Below, one piece after another: positions 1 to 12,779 of a DNA stretch of 64,000 nt (within the stretch, counting starts at the first letter, position 1; each line of letters starts with the position of its first letter). A model generated the notes under the pieces. That model saw only the letters and a list, made by a program, of their open reading frames with translations. It ran no database searches and was not told the origin of the DNA. This DNA comes from Octopus sinensis (taxonomy: Eukaryota), in assembly GCF_006345805.1 (NCBI RefSeq), contig NC_042999.1, forward strand, positions 71,300,001 to 71,364,000, written 5' to 3'. The position numbers were made by a program, and so were the translations under genes.

Positions 1-148
1 AATGATGAATATTTTTGTATAAATATGTATATATTTACATTAACAGGTCCAACATACACAGAGTACAAATGACAGAGAAAAAGGGGTGGAAGAAAGGTGT
101 AGTATATACACACATACCAATTTGTATTTATATGTATACGTATATGTA

Positions 149-222
<74 letters not shown>
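149..222. repeat. (TATC)n microsatellite
   Basis: Pure TATC run; explains the YLSI/IYLS ORFs at 15-409. Confidence 0.95.
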
Positions 223-223
<1 letters not shown>

Positions 224-289
224 TTGTGTGGATGTGTTTGTGTGTATACACATGTATTATACATCTATAGCTACCTATCTATGTATATA

Positions 290-521
290 CAGGGTGGCTC
301 AAAAGTAGGTTTACAGTTATCACGTAGGCACTTTAAATTTCTTCTAAAACATTTTCCTACATTTAAATTTCTATCTTACAAACTGAAAAAGGGAGCTTCA
401 CAAAATTAACTAAATTACTAAAGAATAATGGTCTCATATTTTTTTTTGTAATTAAGATCTAAACTATATGAATGCGAAAGAGATAGTTGAATAACTGTAA
501 ACCTACTTTTGAGCCACTGTG
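290..521. mobile_element. Tc1/mariner-type MITE (232 bp)
   Basis: ~31-bp TIRs (CAGGGTGGCTCAAAAGTAGGTTTACAGTTAT vs ATAACTGTAAACCTACTTTTGAGCCACTGTG, 2 mismatches); TA on both flanks (288-289, 522-523). Confidence 0.85.
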
Positions 522-829
522 TATAATCGTACGTGTACATATACATGGATACTTAAACACATATACAGGCAACAATGCGTTTGTGTTGTTAGTGGTACAG
601 TGTAACCGATAATGCAACCAGTAAGGTAAAGAAAACTGACTACGTTGGTTAGACTAAATATATATTGTATAAGATTACAGCTCCAGATTACAGCATTCCG
701 TCAAATAGTGTTATGTTTATGTAGTCCATGTAGTCGGATAATCCTCTGACAGGACTGATTGGTGAAGCTACTGATTTTCCAAACTTTCTTAAAGTTATAC
801 CACACAATGCTTCACCAAAACTACCTCAT

Positions 830-838
830 TAATAATAT

Positions 839-887
<49 letters not shown>

Positions 888-1014
888 TATTATATGTATG
901 TATGTATGATATATATATATATATATATCTATATTATATATATATATATGATGTATGTATGTATTATATATATATATATGTATGTATATATATATATATA
1001 TGTATATATATATG

Positions 1015-1087
<73 letters not shown>

Positions 1088-1097
1088 TGTGTGTGTG
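830..1097. repeat. Compound (AT)n/(TATG)n/(TG)n microsatellite
   Basis: Direct reading; source of the YI/IY ORFs at 795-1226. Confidence 0.95.
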
Positions 1098-1236
1098 CAG
1101 CATAACTGTGTTAAGAAGCTTACTTCCCAACCGCATGGTTCTGGGTCAGTCCCACTGCATGGCACCTTTTACTACAGCTTCGGTTCAACCAAGGCCTCGA
1201 GAGTGGATTTCGTAGACGGAAACTGAAAGAAGTTCT
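1098..1236 (+). mobile_element. tRNA-derived SINE, family A, 5' part (decayed)
   Basis: Matches the head of the near-complete copies at 19456 and 48628 (...GGTCAGTCCCACTGCATGGCACC...GTGGATTTCGTAGACGGAAACTGAAAGAAG). Confidence 0.75.
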
Positions 1237-1727
1237 TCCTGTACGTATACACCCACCACATTTATATGTTAAATAAAATAAGATACATAAGAAATTAGAT
1301 ATAATGCAGAAAGTATAAAAGTATATCTCTCCCTCTCCAGAGAAAATTCGTCTAAAAAAAAATGAACTCTACTAATTCCTTCTACTGACGCCCTTTTAAC
1401 TCGCCTTTGATGAGATATTATTTATTTTCCTGAAACAGCTGAAAGACCACCTTTCTTTTCATAAATGTCCTAGGAATATCAAATTGCCTTGGCCTTGTTA
1501 TGTCATTTTATTTAATATATATACGCTCACACACCACCTGCTTTAGACTCCTCACACATACTATTATCGAACCAGGAGCTTAACAGCGGTCCTTCCATAG
1601 CACTTACACAACGGTTTGGGTATGGATTTTGTTGAATTTTCTGCTGCTTTAAATAAAGCATATTACTCTACCACTGGTATTTGAGTACTCTTTTTTTCCA
1701 CCTTGTTTCACATTTATGTGTTACTCC

Positions 1728-1794
<67 letters not shown>

Positions 1795-1849
1795 GTGTGT
1801 TTGTATTTATGTATGTATGTATGTATGTATTACATAGCTATCCATCTGT

Positions 1850-2046
1850 ATGTCATCGTGTTTGTGCTTGTCATCCCTTCATCACTTGACAACCGGTGTT
1901 TGTGTGTTTACGTTCCAGTAACTTAGCGGTTTGGCAAAGAGCTGATAGAATAATTACTAGGCTTAAAAAAGCCCTGCGATCGATCTGTTTGATTAAAGCT
2001 TTCAAGGCGGTGCTCCAGCATGGCCGCAGTCAAATAACTGAAACAG
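1850..2046 (+). mobile_element. SINE family A, 3' part
   Basis: CTTGACAACCG...AACTTAGCGGT...GGCGGTGCTCCAGCATGGCCGCAGTCAAATAACTGAAAC is shared with the 19456-19870 copy. Confidence 0.8.
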
Positions 2047-2304
2047 GTATATATATACTATGATATATAATATATACATTATATATATATGCATACATAC
2101 ACATACACATACAGACACACGCACACATATATATATAATATTCACTTATAAGGCTTTTGTTGGGCCACCATATGGCAATAAACACTTGCCCAAGGTGCCA
2201 CCAAATGGAATCATGTGGGTAGAAGCGAAATTCATACGGTAAAACCATACATTTGTCTATCTATCTATATGTCTGTCTATCTGTCTATTTATGTGCGGAC
2301 TTGG

Positions 2305-2460
2305 CTGTACGTGTAAGAAGCTTGCTTTGTAGTTACGTGGTTTTGAGTTTAGTGCCACTGCACAGCACCTTAGGCAAATGTCTTCCATTATAGTCCCGAG
2401 CTAAATAATGTCTTGTAACTGAATTTGGTAGACGGAAACTGTGCAGACGTTCGTCGTATA
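2305..2460 (+). mobile_element. SINE family A, 5' part (decayed)
   Basis: GCACCTTAGGCAAATGTCTT...TTTGGTAGACGGAAACT matches the family A head/core. Confidence 0.7.
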
Positions 2461-2968
2461 TATAAAAATGCATGTGTGCGTACCCGTGCGCAAGTTTAGA
2501 TATGATGCAAGTCAACTCGAGACAGAGTAAGACCACTTCCTACACACAGTAAGTCTGTGCAGATATTCTTAGAGTCCAAAAAAGGTTCCTGTGTGTGAAT
2601 TTGTTTTGAGTGGATAATGTGTTGCTCAACACTAAACCCTCTTATCGACGCAATCAGCTATAAAACCAGTGGCACAACAGAGCTTGAGACAACCAAAAAC
2701 CTGTTGCACTTCAGGTATTTTCTCACATGTGTTTAGTATCTCCTAGAAGGAAATTCCAACGGGAACTAGAAGTTCTTCATTCCCAGTAATTTGCATATTA
2801 GTCAGCCCATAGCTGGGACTCCCAAGGTGCTACTATTCCAATCAGTGTAGATCTGGAAACAATAAAGACTGAAAGGTGGTTATACACTCCCAAACCCCTT
2901 GGATTCCTGAAACAGAGCCTCCCCACCAGATATAGTTTAAAGTCATATCCAGAACACGTTTGTTTAAA

Positions 2969-3127
2969 CATATATACATACATATACATACATACATACA
3001 TACATATACATACATACATACATACATACATACATACATACATACATACATACATACATACATACGTACATACATACATACATACATACATACATACATA
3101 CATACATACATACATACATACATACAT
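2969..3127. repeat. (CATA)n microsatellite
   Basis: Direct reading. Confidence 0.95.
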
Positions 3128-3137
3128 GCATGCATAA

Positions 3138-3617
3138 TCAGCTGCCCAGTGGATGTTCACATAAAAACTGAAGATCAATGAAAAAGAGAATACCTACACT
3201 GAACTATTGCAGTTACTCTTTCCAGATTACAAGTTCAGGTTTATATCTGTAATTATTGGGGCATTGGGATATGTAACACACTGCCCAAGTACCAATCTTG
3301 AGAAATTAGGCTTCTCAAAACCAGAAAAGAGAAATGTTGATTCGAAGACTACAGATCCAATCCATCACGGAACTGTAAAAATCTGTACAAGTTTCCATAA
3401 GTTTATCATTTAAGTATATATGAACATGTTTTGATATGGAAGTAAATACATGAGAAGACATACAAAACACAAAGCATACAAATCTGCACGTATACATACA
3501 GACATGCAAAAGTACCCTGTTATTGATGTTGAAATTCCAATGAAGAATCCTTGGATCTAGGTTAGAAACCGGCTTTTCCTCTATTGGCAAGCTATCTTGA
3601 AATAAACTGTAAAATGG
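3138..3617 (+). pseudogene. 3' end of an RLE-type (R4/NeSL-like) non-LTR retrotransposon
   Basis: Translates ISCPVDVHIK / LKINEKENTYTELLQLLFPDYKFRFISVIIGALGYV, the C-terminal part of a restriction-like endonuclease; followed by a 3' UTR with AATAAA at 3601. Confidence 0.7.
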
Positions 3618-3640
3618 CATACCTACATACATACATGTAC

Positions 3641-4288
3641 AGGACAACATCACATATGTGATTATCGGCTGCCCAAAATTGTACTGAAGGTGCTAACTCC
3701 TTATGCGAGATGACGTTGTTACACAAGCAATATGCGATGCCATTCAGAAAAAAAAGATTATCCTGGAAGGAATATAGAGAATCCCCCCTTTATTGAATAT
3801 GTACACATAAAACAGCACAATGAATTCTGATGGAATATTCCCATCAAATCATTTGTCAAAGGTAAGCATAACAGGTCAGATTTTGTTGTTTGGGACCAAC
3901 AGAAAAAGGTATGTACTGTCATAGAGGTCAGGTGTGCTGCTGATGTGAACATCCCTTTGAAAATCAAAGAGAAAGGAAATAACTATGGACAAGTGCTTCG
4001 AAACCTCCAGCTTCTATATCCGGATCACAAATTTACATTTATATCAATAATAATTGGAACACTTGGTTTTGTAAGTAAATGCCTAACTGTCAGTCTGGAT
4101 AAACTTGGATTTTCGGATAAAGAAATCAACCGACTGATTCACACATTACAAATCTGTAAGCGGAAAAGTAAAACTATGCCAGACTTTTCTCGGCTTTAAA
4201 ATGTGACATTACTTTCGTTATCTGCATTCCAAAGACGGAGCTTTGAATCTTTGTTAGAAAGAATTTAAATGATTACAAACAGAAGAGG
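3641..4288 (+). pseudogene. Zn-knuckle + RLE fragment of a related R4/NeSL-like LINE
   Basis: NITYVIIGCPKL...RDDVV (knuckle remnant); HNRSDFVVWDQQKKVCTVIEVRCAADVNIPLKIKEKGNNYGQVLRNLQLLYPDHKFTFISIIIGTLGFV (RPD..D/IE motif). Confidence 0.75.
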
Positions 4289-4380
4289 CATACATACATA
4301 CATACATACATATATAATTCATGCACACACGTATATGCATATCTATTTGTATATACATTTATATACATATATATATGTAC

Positions 4381-4417
<37 letters not shown>

Positions 4418-4875
4418 TATACATATATATGCATATATACACACATATACATGCATATATACATACCTACATACATACATACATATAGATAGATATGTGT
4501 GTGTGTAAAACAAATAAATAGCAAGGATGTCAAAGCAGTATTGCATTACGGCCGTTTCAGGCAACTCCATTTAATCGAACAATGCAAGCATTACATCAAT
4601 TTGAAATACACCGACATCTTCGGATGCATAATATAGGTTTTCAACATACAAGATACTCTATTATAATTTTTAGCAAATGTTTCATCAGAAGTAGAGAATG
4701 AAAGAATTACATGCTACTATTATAGAAGCAGAGTGAAATTAGAGAGACAATACCCCAACTACAATTTGGAGTGGCAGAAGAGAATAACAAATACTTTGGC
4801 ATCCTTGTTACCTATTTGCTTTTCGAGCTGTGCGGGTAATACCGGACTGACTTAGGTACCTAATTCAAGTGAAAC

Positions 4876-4982
<107 letters not shown>

Positions 4983-5466
4983 CGTGCATGTGTGTGTATA
5001 TATGCATGCATATTTGTATGAACGTGTGCATGTGAGTGTATGCTATTTTATTTGTTAAATGAAAGTGTGGAGTTATGAAAGATCTCTCAACCAACAAACT
5101 TTGTTACAGATAACACATATTCTTGTTCAACACATGTACGTCTATGGATGGTAAGTCAGGGATCATTCTCAAATAATTTTCAGTTCCTTTTTTTTATCAT
5201 TCCAAGTGCTCCTACAATCGTTGGTGTTGTAACCGTCTTGAGATGCTAGTTTTTTTCGATTTCAATGAGCAAATATTTATATCTTCTGAGCTTGTCATAT
5301 TCTTTTGCCAAGATATTATGGTCACAAAAAATGCTCGTGTCGATCAATAAGCAGACTTTAGTGTTTTGGTCTTTCACAGTCTATTAGCTTCGATGATTCT
5401 GTCTGTCTGTCATCATCATCATCATCATCATCCTCATCATCATCATCATCATCAAAATCATCATTC

Positions 5467-5640
5467 TACAGGCTGGCAGAATCGTTAGCGCGCTGGTCGA
5501 AATGCAGAGCGGGTGTTTTGCCCGCCGCTACATTCTGAGCTCAAATTCTGCTGAGGTCCACTTTGCCTTTCATCCTTTCGGGGCCGATAAATTAAGTAGC
5601 AGTTGAGTACTAGAGTCGATGTAATCGAGTAGCCCATCCG
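5467..5640 (+). mobile_element. tRNA-derived SINE, family B (decayed)
   Basis: CTGGCAGAATCGTTAGC...CTTTGCCTTTCATCCTTTCGGGG matches the 18686 copy. Confidence 0.75.
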
Positions 5641-5960
5641 GCTCAAGAGGTCCCTGAATAAGTCTTAGGGATGTTGAACGAAACATCCGTGTTTCCAGAG
5701 GTGAATTATCCAAACCCCAAATAATTCCTCTCAACACATGGCTATGATGCTCGTGATCAGGGATGCACTTATTGTCAGCCGCTAAGGGATATGCTCAGCT
5801 AGTTACGGTAAAAAAATTGACAAGCAAATATGTGGTACTGAGCTGAATATTTGTTGTAGCCCATCTTTTATACCAAGACAAAACAATGTACATGATAACA
5901 CTTCCAATCACTTAAGATGAGAAGCCATAAAAGCCACAGCTTTAGTACTCCATCAGGGCA

Positions 5961-6021
<61 letters not shown>

Positions 6022-6024
6022 GAA

Positions 6025-6410
6025 GGCAGCGAGTTGACAGAATCGTTAGCTCGCCGGGCGAATTGCTTAGCATTATTTCGTCCGCTGCTGCATTCTGAGT
6101 TCAAATTCCGCCGAGGTCGACTTTACCTTTCATCCTTTCGGGGTCGATAAATTCAGTACCAGTTACGCACTGGGGTCGATGTAATTGCCTTAATCCGTTT
6201 TCTGTCCTTGTTTGTCCTTTCTGTGTTTAGACCCTTGTGGATAGTAAAGAAATAGGTATTCGTCTGTTGTTACGTTCTGGGTTCAAATTCCGCCGAGATC
6301 GACTTTGCCTTTCATCCTTTCTGAGTCGATATATTAAGTAACAGTGAAACACTGGAGTCAATGTAATCAACCAGTCCCCTTCACGCAAATCTGAGGCCTT
6401 GTACCTTTAG
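6025..6410 (+). mobile_element. SINE family B plus partial tandem copy
   Basis: Full head-to-tail match to 18686-18913, then a second GTTCAAATTCCGCCGAG...TTTCATCCTTT unit; sits after (ATT)n at ~5963-6021. Confidence 0.8.
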
Positions 6411-6559
6411 GGTTATTATTATTATGATTGTACCAAAACAGCTTATTTTGCTGGGGATGATGGAAAGTGTCAGCTGCCCACAGCCATCAATCTAAAGAGA
6501 CACATGCTTACTGGTCATGTTTCTAAACAATGCTGATTTTTGGTGTTCTACCTAAACAC

Positions 6560-7382
6560 TTGCACATCTTGAGTTCAAATTCCATTCTAATATCAGTACT
6601 AAAATAGTGGACCGTGTTCACCAAAGAACTCACTTGTGTCTACCTTTGCCATACAGTTTCAAATCATCCATGAAGTGGAGGTGGTTGATTATTTGGGATT
6701 TTCCCTTCAGTTGGTACCCCAGGTTCATTTTCCTAAGTACCAAGGTCAGGGGTATCATGTAGAGAACAAAAGTAATGAAGATGGGCTATCACCCTGGAAA
6801 ATCCCTCTTCCGATACCCAGGGTGCCCAAACTTTTTACGTAAGATGTCAGTTTAGTCTTCCATCCCACCTTACTTCTCTTGACGAAACATGTTACATTCC
6901 TCGCAATTCCAAACAAATCTTGGCATTCGATGATCAACGACTGTGGAATCATATCATATGCTTTGCGATAGTCAATCCAGGCCATCCCCAGATTTGTTCT
7001 CCTTCTTTTATAATGTTGCATTACCATTTTGTCTATCATTAGTTGATCTTGGGTAACTTTGCATCTCAATCTATAGCCTTTTTGTTCCGGCTGTAATATA
7101 TCGTTTCTATCAAGAATTTTATACAGTTACTCTGCAATTCTTCCTGACAGTAACTTCCACATTAATGGGAAGCAGGAAATTGGTCTGTAATTGTCTGTAA
7201 TTGATGCATCCTCCAGGCACAACACCGTTCGTCCTTTTGTCAATTAGCCCGGGATTTCTTCCTCTCCATTGACCAATGCATTAAATTGCTCTGCGATCAA
7301 TTTCTGGCAACTACTGAACTTTTTTTCATCCAAACTCTCTGTACACCATCAGGGGTTTTGGATAAAAAAGTTCAGTAGTTGC

Positions 7383-7384
<2 letters not shown>
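6560..7384 (-). pseudogene. R4/Dong-like LINE reverse transcriptase fragment
   Basis: [70 protein letters not shown]; frameshifts and stops present. Confidence 0.85.
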
Positions 7385-7440
<56 letters not shown>

Positions 7441-7467
7441 GTTATTGTTATTATTATTATTATTATT
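7385..7467. repeat. (TTA)n microsatellite
   Basis: Direct reading; abuts the 5' end of the R4-like fragment. Confidence 0.95.
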
Positions 7468-7468
7468 A

Positions 7469-7605
7469 GGGCAGTGAGCTGGCAGAATCGTTAGCACTCC
7501 GCGCAAAATGCTTGGTGCCATTTCGTCTGTCTTCATATTCTGAGGTCGACTTTTCATCCTTTCGGAGTCGATAGAATAAGTACCAGTGGAATACTAGGGT
7601 CGACG
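7469..7605 (+). mobile_element. SINE family B (internally deleted)
   Basis: GGCAGTGAGCTGGCAGAATCGTTAGCAC...TCATCCTTTCGGAGTCGAT. Confidence 0.7.
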
Positions 7606-7609
7606 TGTG

Positions 7610-8825
7610 CCTTGGGCATGTACTGTGGTTTGTTGTGGTGCTCTTGTTTTCAATGTATTGAAAGTGCTTTACGTAGGATATGCACGGCGCCTAGTAGTGC
7701 TATTTTCTGTATGTTATATACATTAGCATGTCCTGGTGTTTTGGGTATGCATTTGTCTGAATGTTTTTTTATCATACCTAATGCGCCTACTATAATAAAA
7801 AATTATTTCAGTTTTTAGGCTCCACATTTAAGTTACCTCTATTTCTAGATCTTTGTATTTGAAAGTTTTTCCGTTTCTTTTGGAGAAATATCATCTGTTG
7901 ATACTCAAACACCGATCGGAATGCATTTTTTTCTTGGTGATCTCTGACAACTATATCCAGCTAATCGGCTTTCATTTCTCTATCTGAGATTATTGGCATA
8001 TCCCAGGGTATGGTTGCTTTCTCATTTTCTGCGACCTTTTCAAGAGTGTTCCTATACTAACTTCTTTCTTTTGTTATTCCATAGCGTCCAGTGTATATAG
8101 GTCCCAACTCTGTCGTGTCTATGAATATATTCCTTCTTAGGCAGGACTGGGCATCCAGAGACAATATAATTTATTGTTTCTTCTTCATCACCACATAATT
8201 TACAATTACTTGTATTTCTTTTCATTGCGTGTTTTTGGTGATTTCTGCAATTAAAAATCCTTCAGTCTCTGCTTTGATTCCTGAGCTTTACAGCCATTGT
8301 TGCGATTTTGTTTTGTCTATTACTTTTCTGCTTAGCTTAACCCAATATATGCCATGTAAGGGTTTTCTTGCCATCATGATACGTTGCTGTTCCAGCTTTA
8401 GTTTAGATTTCAGTTGTTTTTCAAATTTTGTTGTTCTTTTTTTTTCATTGTTATTGGGTACTACGACTTCTTGTCTGTATTTGTCGTCTTCCTTAAATAC
8501 AGAAAGCACCTTTTTGATTTGTTCGTGTTTTGTTGCTATTTGTATTAGTTTTCCTTGCTCCGGAAGTAGGGATTTCTGTAGTCCTATGGTGATTATTTTG
8601 TAATAGTTTTCTAGCTGTATAAGGCCTCTACTACCTTCGATACGCTGTATATATAACCTTTCTCTGTCTGGCTTTGAGTGGTACATCCTAAATCCTGTCA
8701 TTATATTTCTTGTTTTCCTGTCTATTTTGATTAGTTCATTTAGAGTCCAGTTAAGAATATTGTAGCTGTAACTTATAACCGGGACGGCTAGTGTTGATAC
8801 CTATTATCTTACTTTTCGCATTGAG
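7610..8825 (-). pseudogene. R4/Dong-like LINE, post-RT region to 3' end
   Basis: RKTRNIMTGFRMYHSKPDRERLYIQRIEGSRGL (cf. HPKAD.ERLY.PR..GGRGL); RLE remnant; terminal IIVGALGMIKK...IQKIALLGAVHILRKALS*. Confidence 0.8.
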
Positions 8826-8829
8826 CTCC

Positions 8830-9180
8830 GTTGTTGTTGTTATTTTAATTCAGATTTTGTTGGAAGTCCTGGAGAATTGCATGAGTTGTAGATTGGTACC
8901 TGAAAACTACAGTTCCGTGCTATCTCTTTTCTTCAACTATCTAATAATTTCCTGTTGATTCTGGTCGTGCCAAAGGGCAAACCTTTTGCAACATCTCTAC
9001 AGAGCACTCCGTTCCCATTTCCTTTATATTCTTCATTATAACTTCTGATACTACCCCCAAGGCTTCAATAATAATTGGCACTTTCTTCATCTTTTTCATT
9101 TTACACTTTCGAGATATCTTGTATTTAAGAGCATTGTATAAGTCTATTTTTCGCCTTTCCTTCTTAATTAATGGTTGTCT
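8830..9180 (-). pseudogene. Separate 3' end of another R4-like LINE
   Basis: Decayed RLE C-terminus (...KVPIIL...GTTRINRKLLD*) followed by a short UTR and an AAC/AAT tail. Confidence 0.55.
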
Positions 9181-9385
9181 AAAATGACATATGAAAGTAA
9201 AGTGCAGTTACCACTAAACCGAGCTATAATAGAAAACAGAAAATGAAGCTTTCTTTAGCTTGGATTAGAGACCGGATAAGGAACTTGTCTGGAAGTTTCG
9301 TCTTCTGGATGCATAACTCCCAGCAATTTTTCAAAAGCTTGGTGAATGTGGCAAGAATAATCCGAAAGAACGGACATACGCCTGT

Positions 9386-9463
9386 AGACGATGTGGGGAG
9401 ACAATGTGGGGAGACAATGTGGGGAGACGATGTGGTGAGACGATGTGGGGAGACGATATGGGG
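9386..9463 (+). repeat. 13-bp G-rich minisatellite, 6 copies
   Basis: Unit AGACGATGTGGGG (variants AGACAATGTGGGG, AGACGATGTGGTG); 78 bp = 6 x 13. Confidence 0.9.
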
Positions 9464-9699
9464 AAGTGAACTTGCTCTAGTGATCAGGGTCAACGTAATT
9501 TTGTGGAATTTCCACGAGCAGCCCTAGGAAGCCTCCCACTTTTAGGAAAATATTCAATGTTAACATTTATACTGTTACTGTATTTTTATAAACTTTTTAC
9601 ACAGTTACTTTTGCATGGTTACTTTGTATAACCGCACATTATATTGTCCTGTACTCATACGCAAAACCAACAGAAGTTTGGGAAAATGTGAGTACCTGG

Positions 9700-10560
9700 C
9701 GCCTCAAAATAACCAGTACCCTGGGTAGGCTGTACTCGTTAGCCTTGGGTGGATGGCAGCCTAGGAGAAGGAACACTCCAAGCCCAAACCAGGAGAGCAA
9801 GGACCTTGGTGAACTACCTTGATAGAGATGGTGTCTCGATAAAAATACCGGTTGGTCGTAACCTAAAACACACCTCATTTGTGAGTGAAAATGCCAAGAA
9901 AAATAAATGATGATAACGGTGTGAATGGGACTAGAACCAATAGTGAAGGTGTCGCACCAGGCAGGTGCCCCTCTGTGCAGCAGGGTGGACCCTGTCGTAA
10001 TCCAACAACTGCTAGCCATACTACAAGACAGAGTCCTTGTACTGGTCAAATTATGCAACGCACTTGAAAACGCAAGTGGTCTGTTGATATGAACCAAATG
10101 GCGATCCAGTGCCATGATCAGGCCTCACTAAACAAGAACAATGGCAAATGTAAAGCTGTCAGAAAAATATCATTAGAACTTTGGAAACGGCTGGGTATGT
10201 TCCAGATTACTGAAAATGGACTCATGAATCAGAGGCTTTCTTAATGAGGCCCAGATTCAGACACTCAGGAAAATCCTCTGTAGTGGTAAGAATAATGTCG
10301 GTAAAGGTTAGCGAATGCGTAGCCAAGGTGAAGTTGTAGTGGAGGAGAGACCAGCTAATCAATATAATGTAGAAAACCCTGAAATAAGAGAGGATATAAT
10401 TGAGGAACAGGGAAATCTCAGGAAGAGACTCGGGGATGTAATAATTACAAGAACAGAGAACAAGCCGGTGAATCTAAGAAGCTTTGACCGTAACAGTGTG
10501 AAACGCTTAAACTGCTCTAAATGGAGGTGTAGACAAATCCTATTTTATGGACTCAACCAT
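9700..10560 (+). mobile_element. Probable 5' UTR/N-terminal fragment of an R4/Dong-like LINE
   Basis: Decayed translation ...LELWKRLGMFQITENGLMNQ resembles the R4 N-terminal W...GMF..TEQRL.DQ motif; higher GC than the flanks. Confidence 0.45.
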
Positions 10561-11742
10561 GTTCTAAAATAAGTCGAAAGGTAAGCTACTATAAATCGGC
10601 ACGAACTTTCCGGACAACCCAATATTTACCTCGTTATGTGTTATAGCAATAGACGGTAGCTGCATAGAATAACCGCTCTGAGCAGCAATTCTATAGAATA
10701 TAATTCATGTGAATATTGGGTAGTGAGTGAAATATGTTACAATAAGTTGGTTCTGCTTGATAATTACGTTACTAGGTACAAGTATGTCAGGAATGGTCGT
10801 CCACTTACATGTTAATTGTAAAGCACGTATTTCACTTGTAGGAACATGTGAATCCACGTCGTTCATCACACACTGAAACACTCATATACACACACAAACA
10901 CAAACACGCAGAGTTACCCCCATAAATATTTGCCACACCGTTAATGTTTCGAATACTTTTTATCGTTATATTCTCCCTCTCTCTTTCTCCCCAAAAAGGG
11001 TGGAAAAAAGAAATTTAGAGCAAGTGAAATTGGGCTGGGGGCGAATTCTTAAATAAAATTCTGAATTGACACTTTTTATTGACTCAAACGTATTTTCCAG
11101 TATATAAAGTTAATGTTTTAAACGTTTTTACGATATAAATTTTATTTCCAGTTCACAAATTTTTTCTTCTAATTCCATACTTCAAATAAGATTACATCAG
11201 GTAGAAATTGCCTAAGTTGTCCAATCTCTTTTTCACTATTCATTTAAAAATGTGAATCTATCTATAATATATGTATGCGTCAATATATATGTGCGTGCAA
11301 GTATATATATCTATATAAATATACATATACACTTGGCTATATTGTGTAGTATAACGTACTTTAAGAACTTAGCATCTAATTGTTAACTGAAAGTAAAAGC
11401 AACAGATGTCATGGGGCACATGTCAATATCAGTGTTTCTTCAGCGGCTGTCCACCTCCCTTAAGTACATGCTAATACACTGCTTTTATATGCATTGATGT
11501 TAGTGACTGAATTAAACTGATTAGATCAATTTGCATATTCAACACTTTCTTGCTACAAGTACGAAATTTATGTCACTGTTGCATTAACTGTGATATGTCT
11601 CGTTGATTTTTATAGATATATAAGTATAAATGCATAGATAAATATGTGTGTGTGTTTATATATATGTATGCATTGTGTGTGTGTTTGTGTGTGTGTATGT
11701 GTTTGTGTATCTGTGTGCTTGTGTGTGTATGTGTATGTGTGT

Positions 11743-12240
11743 GTAAGGATAAGCAAGTTAGGCAGGTCAATATACAAAGTATATTGAATACATGAAATGC
11801 AAAAATGTATTTATGTTTACATACAAGAAGGTCTGACTTACACAGAATAGAAATGATATCAAGAATTAAAGAGGTTGAAGAAAATTATTACAAATCCAAC
11901 GGCTGCTTCTGGGGGCTCGGTGATCCAAAATAATATTTGTAGATTTATTTTTCTTTGATAGTCTTTCTGTCAACACCTTCATGCGTAAAATCTCTTCCCT
12001 GAAGACGGAGGCTGGTTTCATCTGACGATGGAATCAATTTACAAATATTATTTTGGACTACTGAGCCCTCAGAAACAGTTGTTGGATTCGTAATACTTTT
12101 CTTCAAACCCCTTTTATTCTTGATATCATTTCTATTCCGTGCAAGTCGGACCTTCTTGTATGTAAACATATATACGTTTTTCCTATTTCATGCATTTAAT
12201 ATACTTTCTTTTTTTACCTGTCTAACTTGCTTATCCTTAC
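11743..12240. repeat. Imperfect inverted repeat (~200-bp arms, 90-bp spacer)
   Basis: 11743-11945 is the diverged reverse complement of 12036-12240 (GTAAGGATAAGCAAGTTAGGCAGGT vs ACCTGTCTAACTTGCTTATCCTTAC). Confidence 0.85.
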
Positions 12241-12779
12241 GTTTACTTCTCTACCCGCTCAAGTTTAAAACTCTTGAGCACTACTGTGTGTACTCTATAA
12301 GGAAGAATATCTGATTCTCATCTATGAACTATATATATATATATATATATATATGTACGTATGTATATAAAGAAATGTAGTTAAACGCAGGTGTTATTCA
12401 AATCTTTATACCTCCGTCATATGTTCCGAAGAAAACATTGGTATTATTCCAGAGGGAATAAAATGATGTAAAACAAGGCGATCTTCTCATCGGAGACAAA
12501 AAAAGAGAAAGGACATCAGTAAGCCATTTTAACCGAATGTAATGACTGCGTAAATGAGGAAGGGAACGCTGGCAAGTTACTTTTTAAAAACACCGTTAAT
12601 AGATTTAACGTCAAATGCAATTTGGAGGAAGAGGAGGAGAAAGAAAAAAAATAGCAGAAAACCAAGAGTGGAGAAATGTAGTGCGTTAGATGAATGGGAA
12701 TAAAGCTTAAAGACGTGGAAATAGGTATATTTCGGGGAAATGAAATGTAAGAAGACAGGTAAATGTTGGATTTTATAGA

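Noticed and set aside
3165-3185. CTGAAGA..GAAA
   Set aside because: Lies in RLE coding sequence and has no helix II.
4600-4690. CUGAUGA-AACAU..AUGUU-GAAA on the minus strand
   Set aside because: No helix III/UH or helix I can be formed.
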